DNA of 63,432 nucleotides, filler included, from Craspedostauros australis (taxonomy: Eukaryota), in NCBI GenBank assembly GCA_030167865.1. It is 13 parts of 13 records of this genome, joined end to end, with 100 filler letters (N's around TTAATTAATTAA, not from the genome) between each part and the next. Parts side by side here need not be neighbours in the genome. Positions count along the whole stretch, not along the records: positions 9,573 to 37,465 come from JALAGF010000370.1; 12 more parts are not named here. One strand, written 5' to 3'. The position numbers were made by a program, and so were the translations under genes. Position 1 is the first letter of the stretch, and each line of letters starts with the position of its first letter. The notes beneath the pieces are model-generated. The model made no database searches. It saw nothing but the letters and a program-made list of their open reading frames with translations, and was not told the DNA's origin. Below are positions 11,674 to 24,133 of the stretch, piece by piece.

Positions 11674-13481
11674 ACAAGGACCTCCTCGGCATCACCGATG
11701 CCCATCCATCCCCACAGCGGAAGCAGCGAAGGCTCGCACAACCACAAACACTGACGATGACGCCGACCACCAGCTTGGGTGGTCCTTGAGCTGCTTTGCC
11801 CGGTCACGGGCACCATGCAGTTCCGTTGTCAGCCATTTGGTCCCATGCGCGGTTGGGAACAACAAGCCGCAGCAGCAGCCATCCCCAACACGCTGCTCGT
11901 GAGAGTGACCCTTCCCCAACCAGGCGGTGGTGTACGGCACATACCAATACGCTCATCCATACAAGCCGCACCGTCACCAACGAGACGATCAAGCGCGAGC
12001 GATGGGATGTGGTGCACCCTACCACACTCTGCCATGGGACAGGAGTACGATACTCCACACCCATCCTTTCAGAGGAGGTAGACAAGGGGACACCAACGAG
12101 TTGCTGCCCCCGAAGCTGTCGCATGCCTTGCACAGGCACCAGACGCTTTCCGAAACCGTGTCGGATGAAACAGCACAACACCGTCAGCCACCCAACCGGT
12201 CAATCGATCGGTTGATTGACCAGCGTTGGATGCCCTCCCCATCGCCTCACCAAACCACAGCTTCCGCCGGTGTTACCAGCCGCTCTCTCTCAACAGCGAC
12301 GCAACCAACCAATCCATCAACCACACACACACACACACACACACGCAACCACAACAACCAACACAATCTTGAATCAATAGACTATCTCGGGTAACCACCA
12401 TCCGAGCCAGTTTTCCTCTAGACCAAAAGAAGAGCAGATTTCAGCAAACACCCCACATCTGACCCATTAAACCAAACCAAACCATACAAGCAAAGCACCA
12501 ATACCATAACACTCTAATAGAGAACCATACAATCGATGCAACAACACCTGGACCGCTCTCCTTGGTTCCACCGCGCATGCAAATGCAGCATGGCTGTCGT
12601 TGTTGGAGTTCGCGGGGAAGCCATGGGAGCTGATTGACGCTGCGAACAACCTCTTGCAGCATCGCGCATCCACGGTACCGGTACGCCGTACACATCACAG
12701 CATCGAACAACTCCGAACATCGTGGCCACTCCTTGTGTCGCCAGAAACAGGAAACGCTCCGTTCTCGAAAAACCAGCAAAGTCGATTCCGAAATGCGCGA
12801 CGCGAACAGAACACAAGCCCAACAATCAGTGATACTCTTCCTCCAGGCCCAATCGCGCTTGCTACCACGCCATACGAGCTACGAGAATCCGTATCACAAC
12901 CACCCTTTGTCCCCATGAGCTGGTCGGGATGACTCCAAACATTTAGCCGCCGACTGCAGCGACCGCCAGACACGCAGTCGCGCATTCCACAGCACTTCGC
13001 GTCACGTAGTGACCGTTGACATGCGATGACCCCTCGGTGCACAAAAGTGTTGTTGTTGTGGGAGCACGTCGACTCGTTGGATCAAGTCCGTCGGCGATGA
13101 TGTCGGTGAAGTGACATGAGGCCATTCGGACAACACGACTACGACGAGCGGTTTTAGACAAAATAGTAGTCGGATGGGTCAACTCTATATGCAATCGTGT
13201 TTGGAGCGTGATTGAATGGAGTGAAACAAAAATGACGAACAGACGAATGACCCATCAACCACCACAACTTTCAACCACCAACAACCACCAACAACCGGCA
13301 ACGACGAATGGCAACAACCACCGACGACCACCAACTTGTTCCACACCCTTATGCCATCGACAACTCTATTGGCCGTCCAAGAAGATCACTACGAAACGAA
13401 GACGACGGGAACAGCTCCACCACCCTCAGCGACTGGAGCAACAAAGAAGGCATCATCGCAGCAGGTCCAGATTGAGCAAAA

Positions 13482-15341
13482 ATGAACGTCCCTTCTCCTC
13501 ATGATGATGACACCGTGCCAAACATCAGAACCAAGCGCAAGTTGCGCCCCCTCGTCATCACGATGGGAGGCGAACGGCAGGATCAGATACTGCAGATGTT
13601 CACGACGGATCCGCAGCTCTCCCAGGCATTCGAAACGCCGCAATTCTCGCAAGGGGTCTCATCTCGAAGCTTGCGCAATCGATCGATGTTCTATGCGCAT
13701 GCCAACGATGCAGGATTGCTGCCCAAAGCGGAATGGGAGGCGCTGCGGCAAGCATCTCAGGAGTGGCTGGATGAGCAGGAGCGTCATCGCAAGCAACTGT
13801 TGCTGAGAGATATGGCGAACGAAGAGCAACAGCAGAGGGATGTCGAAGATAGAAAGAAGGTCAAGGAATGTTCTGAAGGAAAAGATTCAGGTGGGCACCA
13901 GCCGGCAGCAACCGCATCATCTTCATCCACCGAAGCAAATAACAAGCAGCAACAGCAGCAGCAACTGCAACAGCAACAACAGTCGCAGGCATTTGTCAAG
14001 ATCAACCCATCGGAAGCGTACTTCGAATGTTTGAACGCTGTGCCAGTCGAGATTGGCGGGTACGAATATGAATGCGTCAGACGACAAGATGCATCGCAAG
14101 CACAAGCTCAGGCTCCACCATCCTACCCAAGACGTGGCAGCGCCGAGGACCGAAAGTTACATTACTCGATTGAACTCTGGCGCAAGGCCAAGACCGTGAA
14201 TCGCGGCCGCGCCGTGCTGGCATGTACATTGGCGCATCTGATTGCAATGAAACGGTTGGTCAAGGAAGGGTTCGATATCATCCTGGAAGACAACGTGCGC
14301 GCTGTACGGTCGGATGGTCGTGCAAAGGAAACAACAGCGTCATTAGCAGCACCAACGGAAGATGTCGCGCAGACAAGGCGATGGTTGGATGCAGCGGAAC
14401 GGATCCATCTGACGATCGATGCGAGTCGACAATGGGAAGAGAATGAGCAGCTGCCATCGGAACAGCAACAACACCAGGAACGAGCTGAGAGGCAGCTGCC
14501 AACCCCACAAGCACTATCACCAGAACAGCCGGAGCAAGCAGAACAAACGAAACACTCGCAGCACTGCCACATGAGGATATACGGATGGTTGGGACCAATT
14601 GCCAACCTCCAATGGATCATGGACCGTCACTCTCCCAAGCGAAAGTTCAAGCCATGCGACGGCAATGGATCGACCAAAGCTGCTTATGGTACTAATACAC
14701 AAGTCCCCACTATCTTTCCGTACCCAACCATCGACAATCTGGAAGAGGACCTGGCAGAGATGGATCTTGAGGATGCCGTCGGAGATTGCAGTTTGGCAGA
14801 GGTTGCAGCACCTGTACACACCAGCAATGATCAAAACGATCCTCCATCGCAAGGTCAAGCAAAGTCAGCAGATGCAGCAGATGCAACAGGCGATGGACCG
14901 GCGAGCAAACAGCCCAGACCCGGCGGCATGCCAATCTGGGGTGCCTACTGCTACTGGATCTCCAAGCAAGGTTACGAAGCCTTGCTGGACACGCTGAGAA
15001 GCGACGTCGGCGCCATGTTATGGAAGAGCAAACGGCAACGATACTACGCAGTGAAACCGATCGACAAGATCATGCCGCGCACCGTGCGTTCCGTCTGCGG
15101 CGAGGGCAGCGTGCACGTCGCCACGCATCCATCCTTCTTCCGCGCGCCCATGCTGACGAGCAAGATTCATGCGCAGTGGGATCCGGAATTCTGCAAGAGC
15201 ACCGAGTATCAGCTCTCCAAATGCGGTGGTTTGGATTGGTCCGATCTGTGGTTGACGTCGGATGAGGAACGAATCGTGCAACATCGAAAGGACGCTGGGC
15301 TATGGATCACTTTGTCCAAACTGAGGGAGCGTGATCAATGA
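13482..15341 (+). CDS. Glycosyltransferase family 25-like protein with low-complexity/polyQ insertions
   Basis: GT25-like motifs in order: LVITM, ACTLAH, IILEDN, WGAYCYWISKQG, PIDKI; 619-aa ORF. Confidence 0.6.
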   Translation: MNVPSPHDDDTVPNIRTKRKLRPLVITMGGERQDQILQMFTTDPQLSQAFETPQFSQGVSSRSLRNRSMFYAHANDAGLLPKAEWEALRQASQEWLDEQERHRKQLLLRDMANEEQQQRDVEDRKKVKECSEGKDSGGHQPAATASSSSTEANNKQQQQQQLQQQQQSQAFVKINPSEAYFECLNAVPVEIGGYEYECVRRQDASQAQAQAPPSYPRRGSAEDRKLHYSIELWRKAKTVNRGRAVLACTLAHLIAMKRLVKEGFDIILEDNVRAVRSDGRAKETTASLAAPTEDVAQTRRWLDAAERIHLTIDASRQWEENEQLPSEQQQHQERAERQLPTPQALSPEQPEQAEQTKHSQHCHMRIYGWLGPIANLQWIMDRHSPKRKFKPCDGNGSTKAAYGTNTQVPTIFPYPTIDNLEEDLAEMDLEDAVGDCSLAEVAAPVHTSNDQNDPPSQGQAKSADAADATGDGPASKQPRPGGMPIWGAYCYWISKQGYEALLDTLRSDVGAMLWKSKRQRYYAVKPIDKIMPRTVRSVCGEGSVHVATHPSFFRAPMLTSKIHAQWDPEFCKSTEYQLSKCGGLDWSDLWLTSDEERIVQHRKDAGLWITLSKLRERDQ

Positions 15342-15989
15342 AGTCTCCGCGGGAGATGAATCAGTTGTAGTTGCAGATTACAGTAGAGTATGGCATTATT
15401 GTTGCTATTGGGATCGATTGCGTATGCATGTGTGGTGTGCGAGTATCCGTATGTACCATACGACTACTATACGAGGGTGCATTAGTAGTTATCATACTAT
15501 TGGTAACATGACCACACCCTCGTCAATTGAGCCACCCCAAGCTCTCCGTTTGCTTCAACACGATTGGAGGAAAGCACACCAGTCGTACGAGTCGAAAGCG
15601 CGCGCAGTTTTCGTCGGAACCACGCACCAACCAAGGAAGAAGAAGACTGTTGACGACCAATGACCAACGCAACGCATCAACATCAATGACACCAACGATG
15701 GCAACGTGGCACGATAGTCAAGAAGACTGTGTTGATGTGATAATAGACACAACGATGACGAAGGGCGACGAGGACACATTCTCTGACTATACTACATAAC
15801 GAAGGTGACTTGCAATTCAAGCAAAAGCACAGGCCCAAGTGAGAGCAGATAGAACAGACCAAAGCTGGCTGCCACTACCACAACCGCTACAAGTGCCACA
15901 TTCCCAATACGACTCTCTCTCTCTCTCTCTCTCTCTGAGTAGAGTGCCACAAGGAAGAACCGATGCGATCCGCACCGATCCGTTTCACC

Positions 15990-17003
15990 ATGATGTCATG
16001 GTGGCTGCAGCTTCTGCTCCTGGCGATCCTGATCATGGAGGCGGGTGCGTTTGCCACCACATCTTCGACAAGACCAACTGCGATGCGATCCCACGTGTCA
16101 CGACGACAACATCAACATGCGTTGCAATCAATGAGCTCGAGACAGCAGCGATCTGCGAGTGACAGAAAACTATCGTTGAGAATGTCCATGTCACCATCCG
16201 AATCGGAGATCCCAACACCAAAGCCGTCAACGTTCCATCTGCCAATCTTCCCGCTGCGCAAGACCGTGCGATTCCCCACGGACAGCCTCCGGTTGAATCT
16301 CTACGAACCCCGGTATTTGGCATTATGCGAGCACGTCTTGGCGCAGCCCGATGATCGCAAACTGTTCGGTGCTGCCTTCGCCTCGCACAAGGCACAGCTC
16401 ATCCGCGGCGGCGTCGAACCGATCGTGCCCGTCTTTGAACGTGGCGATGTCGGCGTCGTCTGCTACGTCCACGATTCCCTCGAAGGACCCACGCGGGATG
16501 GGACTTGCGAACGTCGTCGGATTCGATTCAATGCCATCGCGATTGCGCGATTTCGGATCGAATCGATTCTGCAGAATGGCGGCGGCGGTATGGATGATTC
16601 GCCCTTTGTGATGGCAGAAGTGTCGTGGTTGTTCGACAGCGATGATGATGATGGTGGCGATGACCATGCAATTGAGGAACGTCTATCGAAACTCAAGAAG
16701 CGGCTTGGCATGGAATCTGCAGACAGCACCAACGGTGACGACTTTGGCAGGATTCAAAGCATTCTGGACCGAACGTCATTGGCCACCGTTGATCATGCCG
16801 CATTTCGCAACGAGCTGCAGAGCTTTGCCGTCGCCAGCCAGATCGCACAGCGCGTGCAGTCCTCGCGGATGGACCTGTCGGTTCTGCAGGCCAGTTCCAT
16901 GAGGCAACGGTTGGAATGGCTTGAAGAGAGAGCCCAGCGAGCGGGAAAGGCTGCAGCTGAAGAGAAGGGGTTCTTTCCGTTTTCTCTTTTCGGACGATGG
17001 TGA
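15990..17003 (+). CDS. Lon protease N-terminal (substrate-binding/PUA-like) domain protein, predicted plastid-targeted
   Basis: LPIFPL...FPTDSLRLNLYEPRYLAL motif; signal peptide ending AGA-F followed by an S/T/R-rich transit-like region. Confidence 0.8.
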   Translation: MMSWWLQLLLLAILIMEAGAFATTSSTRPTAMRSHVSRRQHQHALQSMSSRQQRSASDRKLSLRMSMSPSESEIPTPKPSTFHLPIFPLRKTVRFPTDSLRLNLYEPRYLALCEHVLAQPDDRKLFGAAFASHKAQLIRGGVEPIVPVFERGDVGVVCYVHDSLEGPTRDGTCERRRIRFNAIAIARFRIESILQNGGGGMDDSPFVMAEVSWLFDSDDDDGGDDHAIEERLSKLKKRLGMESADSTNGDDFGRIQSILDRTSLATVDHAAFRNELQSFAVASQIAQRVQSSRMDLSVLQASSMRQRLEWLEERAQRAGKAAAEEKGFFPFSLFGRW

Positions 17004-20000
17004 CAAGCCTGTGTGCATCGAATGCTCATGCGGAGTGGCCCACACCTCTTTGGAGAGGCAGTATGGCAATAGCTCGTACCAGCGCCAGTATCGGTACGTG
17101 CGCGCTCTGTACTTGTATCCAGTAGAGCAGAGCAGAATCAACTTCCATCTGGCGATGTGGACGGAAAGTGTGGTTCTGCACCATCGTGATCCCGCTTTTG
17201 TCGTGTTGAGTGATGTGGACAGAGGGGAGTTGCCGTTCCGTCAACTCAGAACCGCATTCAATTTCACGATCAAGACCAAGATGGTGAATTCTCAAGAACC
17301 GAAGCAAAAAAAAAACAATCAAGAACACACAGAGGTCAGCACCATGGCATGTGTTGGTACCATCGCCATCACCCAATCCCGAGAACAAACTGCATGAGCC
17401 GAGGAGTTGCAATGAACACAACCCCTTTCCATCTCCGATCACCCACAATCCAACCTCTCTCAAATCCAAACGCAATGCTCTCCCATACAACCAGCCAGCT
17501 AGCCAAGCAGTGCATGAACAATGCAAGACCAATGATGTGTTCGACTCACACTACTCGTAACGTACCATGATCACACCTTACCTAGGTAGTACATCATCGA
17601 ACAAGGAGTCCGCAGAACTTATGGTGAGCATCGTAAGCACGATCAAGACATCAAGCACAGCAAGACTAACTGTCTTGGCTTCTGGTCAAGGCTGATTGCA
17701 CAGTCCCAACTGGCATAGGCATGCTGCGGAGTCGTCGGCTCATTATTCGATGGACCAAAGAGAGTTGAAGCAAGACCTTGGGTTGCAGTCTGCCAGGGAT
17801 CTGTGTGTCGACTACCTGCGCGCAATCAGATTTCTTTGACTGAATGAATGAATGCGCACGGACGTGATGGATGGCAAACGCACGACACAAGATGGGCAGA
17901 ACACGACCAGAGAGTGCCTTTCGTGGGGTTGAGCATTCCGTATGTTGCAACTCTACGCAACGCGACTCATCGAAGTCGCTTGCTTTGCCGTGACGTACAG
18001 TCAAGCTCATGCAAGACCAAAATGAGACTTCTTCCGCCTTGACGGTGGATCGTGTTGCTCTTGCCTGGTCGGTACCAACTGTACTCCACAGTCATGGCTT
18101 GGATCGGTTGGCGACGTGTCGATCAATGTCAGAACCTCGTGAACACAACGATATCAAACCATGGTTTGGTCTTGGACGGAACGGCGATGTTCGGGTGAAG
18201 GAAAAAGACACTTGCTTTCATCGAAGCGCTGTGCTGGGTGATGCTTTGCTGTGGCAAGACCAACCAACCATACGTACGTACATCATCTTGCGCAACGGCA
18301 CGATTCAATGGCGGTGCCACCAGCCGATGCTTTTCGCGAATCATTGAAGGTCGCATCGCACATGGGAAGCACCGCCTGAAGCAAGATTGCAAGCAAGACC
18401 CCATTGGACTTGCATGGATGCGCTCCCTCGCCGGTTCGAGATTGGGCATGGTCGCGCCCATGGTCAGCACAACACGAAATCACAAAAGTCGCATCCCGTT
18501 GTTGTTCGAGTCGCAACCATTGTCACCGCACGGGCGTGCACAGCGCCAAAGCGCAAAGCGAGCGCCTTTGGTTGGGCATGGCACGGAACGAGTCCACTCC
18601 ACTTCGCGCACCCTCCCGATGCGGCAAGATTCCCTGTAGACTTGTTTCCCCTCGAATTTGTTGGAGTTGACTCCCGTCCAGTCCCCCAAGAGAAGCATAC
18701 GAACCAGACCAGCCAGTGCAGCCACCACCAACGCAACCACACGCCCTTATGTGTACACGATCACCATGGTGGTCCCTCGTACGTAGTTGGTACCTGTTGC
18801 GAGCATCGCTGAGCAGGACGATAAACAACCACGCACAAACAAAGTATCTTCGCCGTCGCCTTCAAATACGTGAACGCTCGGAGTCTTCAAGCTAAACTGT
18901 TCCGATCGATCACGCGAACAAGTCGGGTTGCCGTGCGCATGATGAATGGCACGATTGCTGCGGCCCTTTACACCTGTCCATGGCATCAAGTCAAACCAAT
19001 GCTCCACTAGTTTGGATCTCAATACAAGTCTTGGAGAGGATAGAGGTTGGTCGCTCTCGCTCTTGCATTCTATTGAATACAATGATGGACCCATCAATCT
19101 GCACTATACATTCCTGCACGCTGTGCAATACCAAGCCATGCCCTGCCATGCCATGTGATTCCAACCATTTGAGGCCAAATCGCAGCACTTAATCATCGAT
19201 CACCAGATCTTCTCGTGTTGGCGTTTGTCCTGCCAGGAGCATGGGTGCACGACGCTTGCCATCCTGCGATCTCCCGCCCTCTCCGTGCCTTGCCCGGAAC
19301 AGCATAAGCGAAGGTCGCGCAACCATAGCGTCTTGAAGGAACCGCTTGATGGGAAATTTGAGTCGCTGGCTGTTGGCTTCCTGCCACATCCTTTCCTGGG
19401 CACTGTTTCAGGCAGATTGATGGTCAGGGATGTACCGATGGTCGCAAAATCTTCAACGTCATCGTATATATTCTTATACTTGACAACCGTCACAAAAAAC
19501 AGGAGAACATCAGAGTGTCTGGACAAACGGTTACAAGTTGAGGGGGGCTTGTGTGATGGTGAGAGTTCAATGAATGACGGCCATGTGATCCAAGCAGCGC
19601 CTGCTGTGATGAATGTCATGATACGGCAGCATTCACTTCCCCTGGAACAAAATGAGGCCAAGATCCGAACAAATGAAGGTGATACGCAAGAATTACCGGC
19701 AACCCTCTATGTGTTGTGTGCATGGCTGACATCTGAGGATGCGGAGAACTGCGATGATAAAAATCGAGGGCTGCCAACGATCACGCACATCCACTAAGAT
19801 CCGCCCCTTCCGTCACATTTTGAAGGAAGGCAGAGGTTGGCCCACGAACCATAGAGTCAATTTCATCCCCAACACATCGCATCAAGAACTGTGTCCATGG
19901 AGCCATCACATTGTGGAGTATGGCATTGGTAATGTGGTGTGCTGCATCGCGTTGGCGTGGGTGCATCACGTCACATCGTCCAACAGCACATCACAGAGAA

Positions 20001-20356
20001 GGCAGCTTTGCACTGTCCGGGTACTCATCAGACGTGTCGCCCATCTTTGGTAACGCTTACAAGTACAAGCGAAGGGCGCGGAGTATACCACCCCGCGATC
20101 CAGGTGCAATTCCTGTGGGCTCCGTCATCACGCAAACGATCACACCCTCATCCCACCATGCTCGCGCCTGCGACCTCACTGCTTTGCTGGAACAAGGGAC
20201 CGTCCATTGCCCTGGAGGGGTTCATAAAACTCGAGCTCACAAATCTAACATCCCACCATGCACAAACGTAATATTGAGACCAGCTGCGCCCAAGGCCAAA
20301 CCAACGAGCAACCACGCTCCGTATTGCACAACACCCACCAACTCCAGCGCAACTCC

Positions 20357-21496
20357 ATGACACTGACTTCCACCATGCAAGCGATCACATCGCAACCACT
20401 CATAGCGCTGCACATGCCCACAAGCGATGCAACGAAACAGCGCCGGGTCCGATTCCGCAACGTCGTCCGCGTGCGACCGATCCCATTCGCACCAAGCATG
20501 CAGCTGTGGTGGACCGCGGAAGACTACGAGCATTTCCGCGTGCGCGATCAACGCACGGTCGAGCTGCACGAGATGCTGTTAGCGAGACGAGAAGCGCTCG
20601 CCGAGGGTAGCGGCCGAGATTGGAACGCGGTTGCGTCGCCAACAACGCTACGCGACGCCGACTTCGAAGGCGACACCGACAGTGAGACGGACGACTTCTG
20701 CATGCGCGGACTCGAAGGCCGCACATCGTCGACGCTGCTGCAACGCAAGCATCGTCGATGGGAAGCAGCCCACGCCGTGCTGACGGAGCAAGACTATCAG
20801 AGAGAGGAGGAGGAGCACGACGCCGACGTCCTGGCAGAGTGCTACGCCGACATGTGCGACTCCTGCGTCCAGGAGGCCTTGCACCGTGCCTACTGCGACG
20901 AGATGTACGTGCAGCAGTACGTGCGCAGAACGAAGTCCACGCGATCGGCCTTGGCATGTCCATCGTCCGATCACACTCGCAGCAGCGAACGCGAAGAGTC
21001 ATCGCACCATACCCTCGATGATGTCGACGAGACGCAGCATGATGGCAGCAGCGACAGCAGCTGGGACGGACACAACAACAACAATAACGACAACAACAAC
21101 AATGATGATGAGGATCGTGGCGGTAACGACATGGAGACGACGCAGCAGGATGATCATGATCCTGCTCGTGACAGTGAGCAGAACAACGCAACAGCGTCAT
21201 CGCGCATCTGCGTGCGCATGTCGTCCAGCGACTTGACGGACGCCACGTGGCTCTGCGCCCACAGCTTCAACTTCTGGAGCACGGCCGCCTCGTCGCACTG
21301 GCAGGACGCGTCGCACCAGCAGGCAACCACGACGTGCCGACAGTCCATGGCAACAGGCATGGATCAACGTCCATTCCATCCAAGGTCCGACCCGGCGGTC
21401 GCAAGGAAGAGCAAGTGGGCGGTGGCCATGCCTTGTTTGCAGTCATCGACCGGGTTGTTGGCAGATCCGCGGCCCGTTGTGGGGCCCGCTGCTTGA
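20357..21496 (+). CDS. Second member of the diatom-typical RGLE/AVL.EQ family
   Basis: RRVRFRNVVRV, WWTAEDY, CMRGLE, AVLTEQDYQ, LAECY, AYCDE; acidic low-complexity tail. Confidence 0.75.
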   Translation: MTLTSTMQAITSQPLIALHMPTSDATKQRRVRFRNVVRVRPIPFAPSMQLWWTAEDYEHFRVRDQRTVELHEMLLARREALAEGSGRDWNAVASPTTLRDADFEGDTDSETDDFCMRGLEGRTSSTLLQRKHRRWEAAHAVLTEQDYQREEEEHDADVLAECYADMCDSCVQEALHRAYCDEMYVQQYVRRTKSTRSALACPSSDHTRSSEREESSHHTLDDVDETQHDGSSDSSWDGHNNNNNDNNNNDDEDRGGNDMETTQQDDHDPARDSEQNNATASSRICVRMSSSDLTDATWLCAHSFNFWSTAASSHWQDASHQQATTTCRQSMATGMDQRPFHPRSDPAVARKSKWAVAMPCLQSSTGLLADPRPVVGPAA

Positions 21497-21822
21497 AGAG
21501 CAAAGCGACTGCAGTATGAGTCGAGTGGAGTCTTTGACAAACTCTCACGAACGCAGTTTACTCGCACAGTGCCATACACAGTTTATGCCCATGCATGTTT
21601 ACAACACACAACCCATCATCGCGCAGACATCTGCCATGCCTCTCTCCACCAATAAATCCATATCATAATGAAGTATAGTAGACTTGAATACTTTAGATTA
21701 CTCAGCAAGAGTGCTGCTGTAGAGCATGTACGAGTAATACCTTGATGTTAGAGTGCTGTTGGCTCTCGGTGGAGCAGACTCGGGCCTTGATGCTGCTATG
21801 GTAAAGTGGGAGGACACGCGCC

Positions 21823-23489
21823 TCAGATCCCGGTCAAGTCGGGGTACGCACCGAGCCAGGCGGCCCGCATCTCCGCGCTGAGTTGTGGATGGTTCTGCTC
21901 GAATTCGGCTGGCGACTCCGCGTAGCAGACGATGACGGTGTTGACGGCACTTGCGACGACGCCCATGAGGATGCTGGAGAACGCAAAACCGGCGATGAGT
22001 CCGATGCTGTGATACGAGTGCACGGGGAAGATTGTGATAGAGCAGCGTGGTTTGGAATGTGACGTAACGTGGCGTAACGTAGATACACGTAAAAAGGAAA
22101 GAGACGGTAATCGCAATTGAAGAAAGACGAATGATGAGCGGATCGAGGAGACGAGAATGACCTGAACATGATTGTCAAGGATCACAAACAATAGCATGCC
22201 AACTTTGCTTCCGCTCAGAACACAAGAGTGCATGGAACTTACAGGAACGCCGGCAAAAGCGGGTTGCCATCGTCGCCGACGACGGAATCCAGGAAACCAC
22301 TGTGCGTCATGGCGAAGACCATCGTGACGAGGCCCGTGAGAAGGCCGATGCCGATGCTGACCATCATGAGGACGTTGTCGGCCAGATCGTCCGTGATGAC
22401 GACGGTCCATCCCTTCTCCTGGAAGAGCTGCACGACGTTGCGGCCGGCGTCGAGGTATGAGAATCCGTAGAGTCCTACGTAGACGTAGGCCCACTTGTTG
22501 AAGTACTCGATGATGCTCTCGATGCAACCGAGGATGCAGTCGATGATGCAGGAGAGGATGTTGCAGTCATCGTTGTCGCGCACCATCTCGCGCGTCGTGC
22601 GCAGGGCCTGAATGAAGGCCAGGATGAAGGAGCCGAAGCAGATGGAGCCGAAGCTGGTGGTGGTGGCCCTGCGGAAGGAGTCCATGATGGCCGGGGAGCA
22701 GCATCCGGACGAGGCCTCGTCGGGCACGAACCACCAGGTGCCGATGGTGCCCGCGGTGGTGACGTGCACGGTGTTCTGCAGGACCTGGTGCGTCCAGTAG
22801 TAGGATAGCAGGAGCAGGAAGAGGATGACGACGCTCTTTTCGGAGAGGGCGTTGCCGGCGCCCACGAACCAGAGGACGGTCCAGACGAAGCCGAAGAAGG
22901 TGAAGAGGTAGGCCACGGCGCTGAGGCCCATGTTGGCCTTGACCGCGGTGAGCGCCGTGTTGAGGTTGGCGGCGGCGAAGGGGATGCGATGCCAGACGGC
23001 GCGCGCGTAGCAGATTCCGAGGCCGAACACGCCCAAGCCGACGATGGCCGCCACCATGCTGCCCGTCATGAGCAGCATGATGGCCGCCGCTCCGGACATG
23101 ACCACGGTGAAGACGAGCGCGGCCTTGACGAGGAGCGCGGCGTAGCGCATCATGAAGCCCAGCGACAGGGTGGCCAGCACGATGGAGATGACGGCCGAGA
23201 TGCCCGCCAGGATGATGACTCCGTTGTGCTCGGAGTCGAACTGCACGTCGATGTTGCCCATGTTGAGGACGATCAGGGAGCCGATGGCGACGAGGTGGGC
23301 CACGAAGGCCACGGCCCAGATGATGTCCTTGCAGCCGCCCTGCTGCTCATGCTGCTGCCCGCCGAAGGCCCGCGGCGCGTCGAACTGCTGCACGGCACCG
23401 TCGCTGGTCGACATGTACGGAGTGCGGCTGTCGGAGGGAACTCCATCGCCGTTCTTCACAGCGACGCCTTGCACGATCGGGACGTCCAT
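21823..23489 (-). CDS. Choline transporter-like protein (CTL/SLC44/Pns1 family); exons 23489-22243 and 22006-21823
   Basis: About 10 TM segments; motifs TTSFGSICFGS, IEYFNKWAYVYVGLYG, SAVNTVIVCYAE; GTAAGT...CAG intron 22242-22007 restores the frame (FL/IGLIAGF). Confidence 0.9.
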
Positions 23490-24133
23490 CTTCTTCTTCT
23501 TCTTCTTGGTATTATATTACACTATTATATTATAGAATGTTGTATTATTATATGCTAATGTAGTGTGTGGGGACAAGAAGGAGGCTGTGGTTGCTGCTGC
23601 TCTTTGACTTGTGATCTGTCGGATGCAATTCGGAGAGTTTCTCACTTTGCCGCTTCTCTGGTTGCGGCTGTCGTGGCTGCTGTCGACGTCGCGATTGTGC
23701 ACAAGATCCTTTGTGCACACAACCACGACCGCTGCCACTGCCCCACAATCAACAAGGCAAGGAGGAAAGATCTTTCCTTCACCCACTCACGAAGATTCGC
23801 GCTGTTCCCGTGTTCGTTGTTTGCGTTCCGAGCAGAATCGCTTTTTTGTGAAGCGTGTGACGTCTTCTTTGAGCGTTATTTTGACGTTACCCCAGTCACG
23901 AATCAGTCATCCTCGTCTTTCGAAATCTGTCCACAATGGAAGCTAGAGGAGAGGAGAGTAGAATAGAATAGAAGAGTTCGCTCCAAAGGATCTGCGGGTG
24001 TTGGCGATGATGCATTGCCCAGTCGTTGTTCTAGAGGGCACCCCCCCCCCCCAACAAAGACGAACCGACGAGCAGAATAACATGCAACGATGTGTGATAG
24101 TGCGTGAGTGTTTTTACTATTCATTTACTTCTT

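Noticed and set aside
17050..20250. Many short overlapping ORFs, including 19225-19797
   Set aside because: No motifs or codon bias; treated as intergenic
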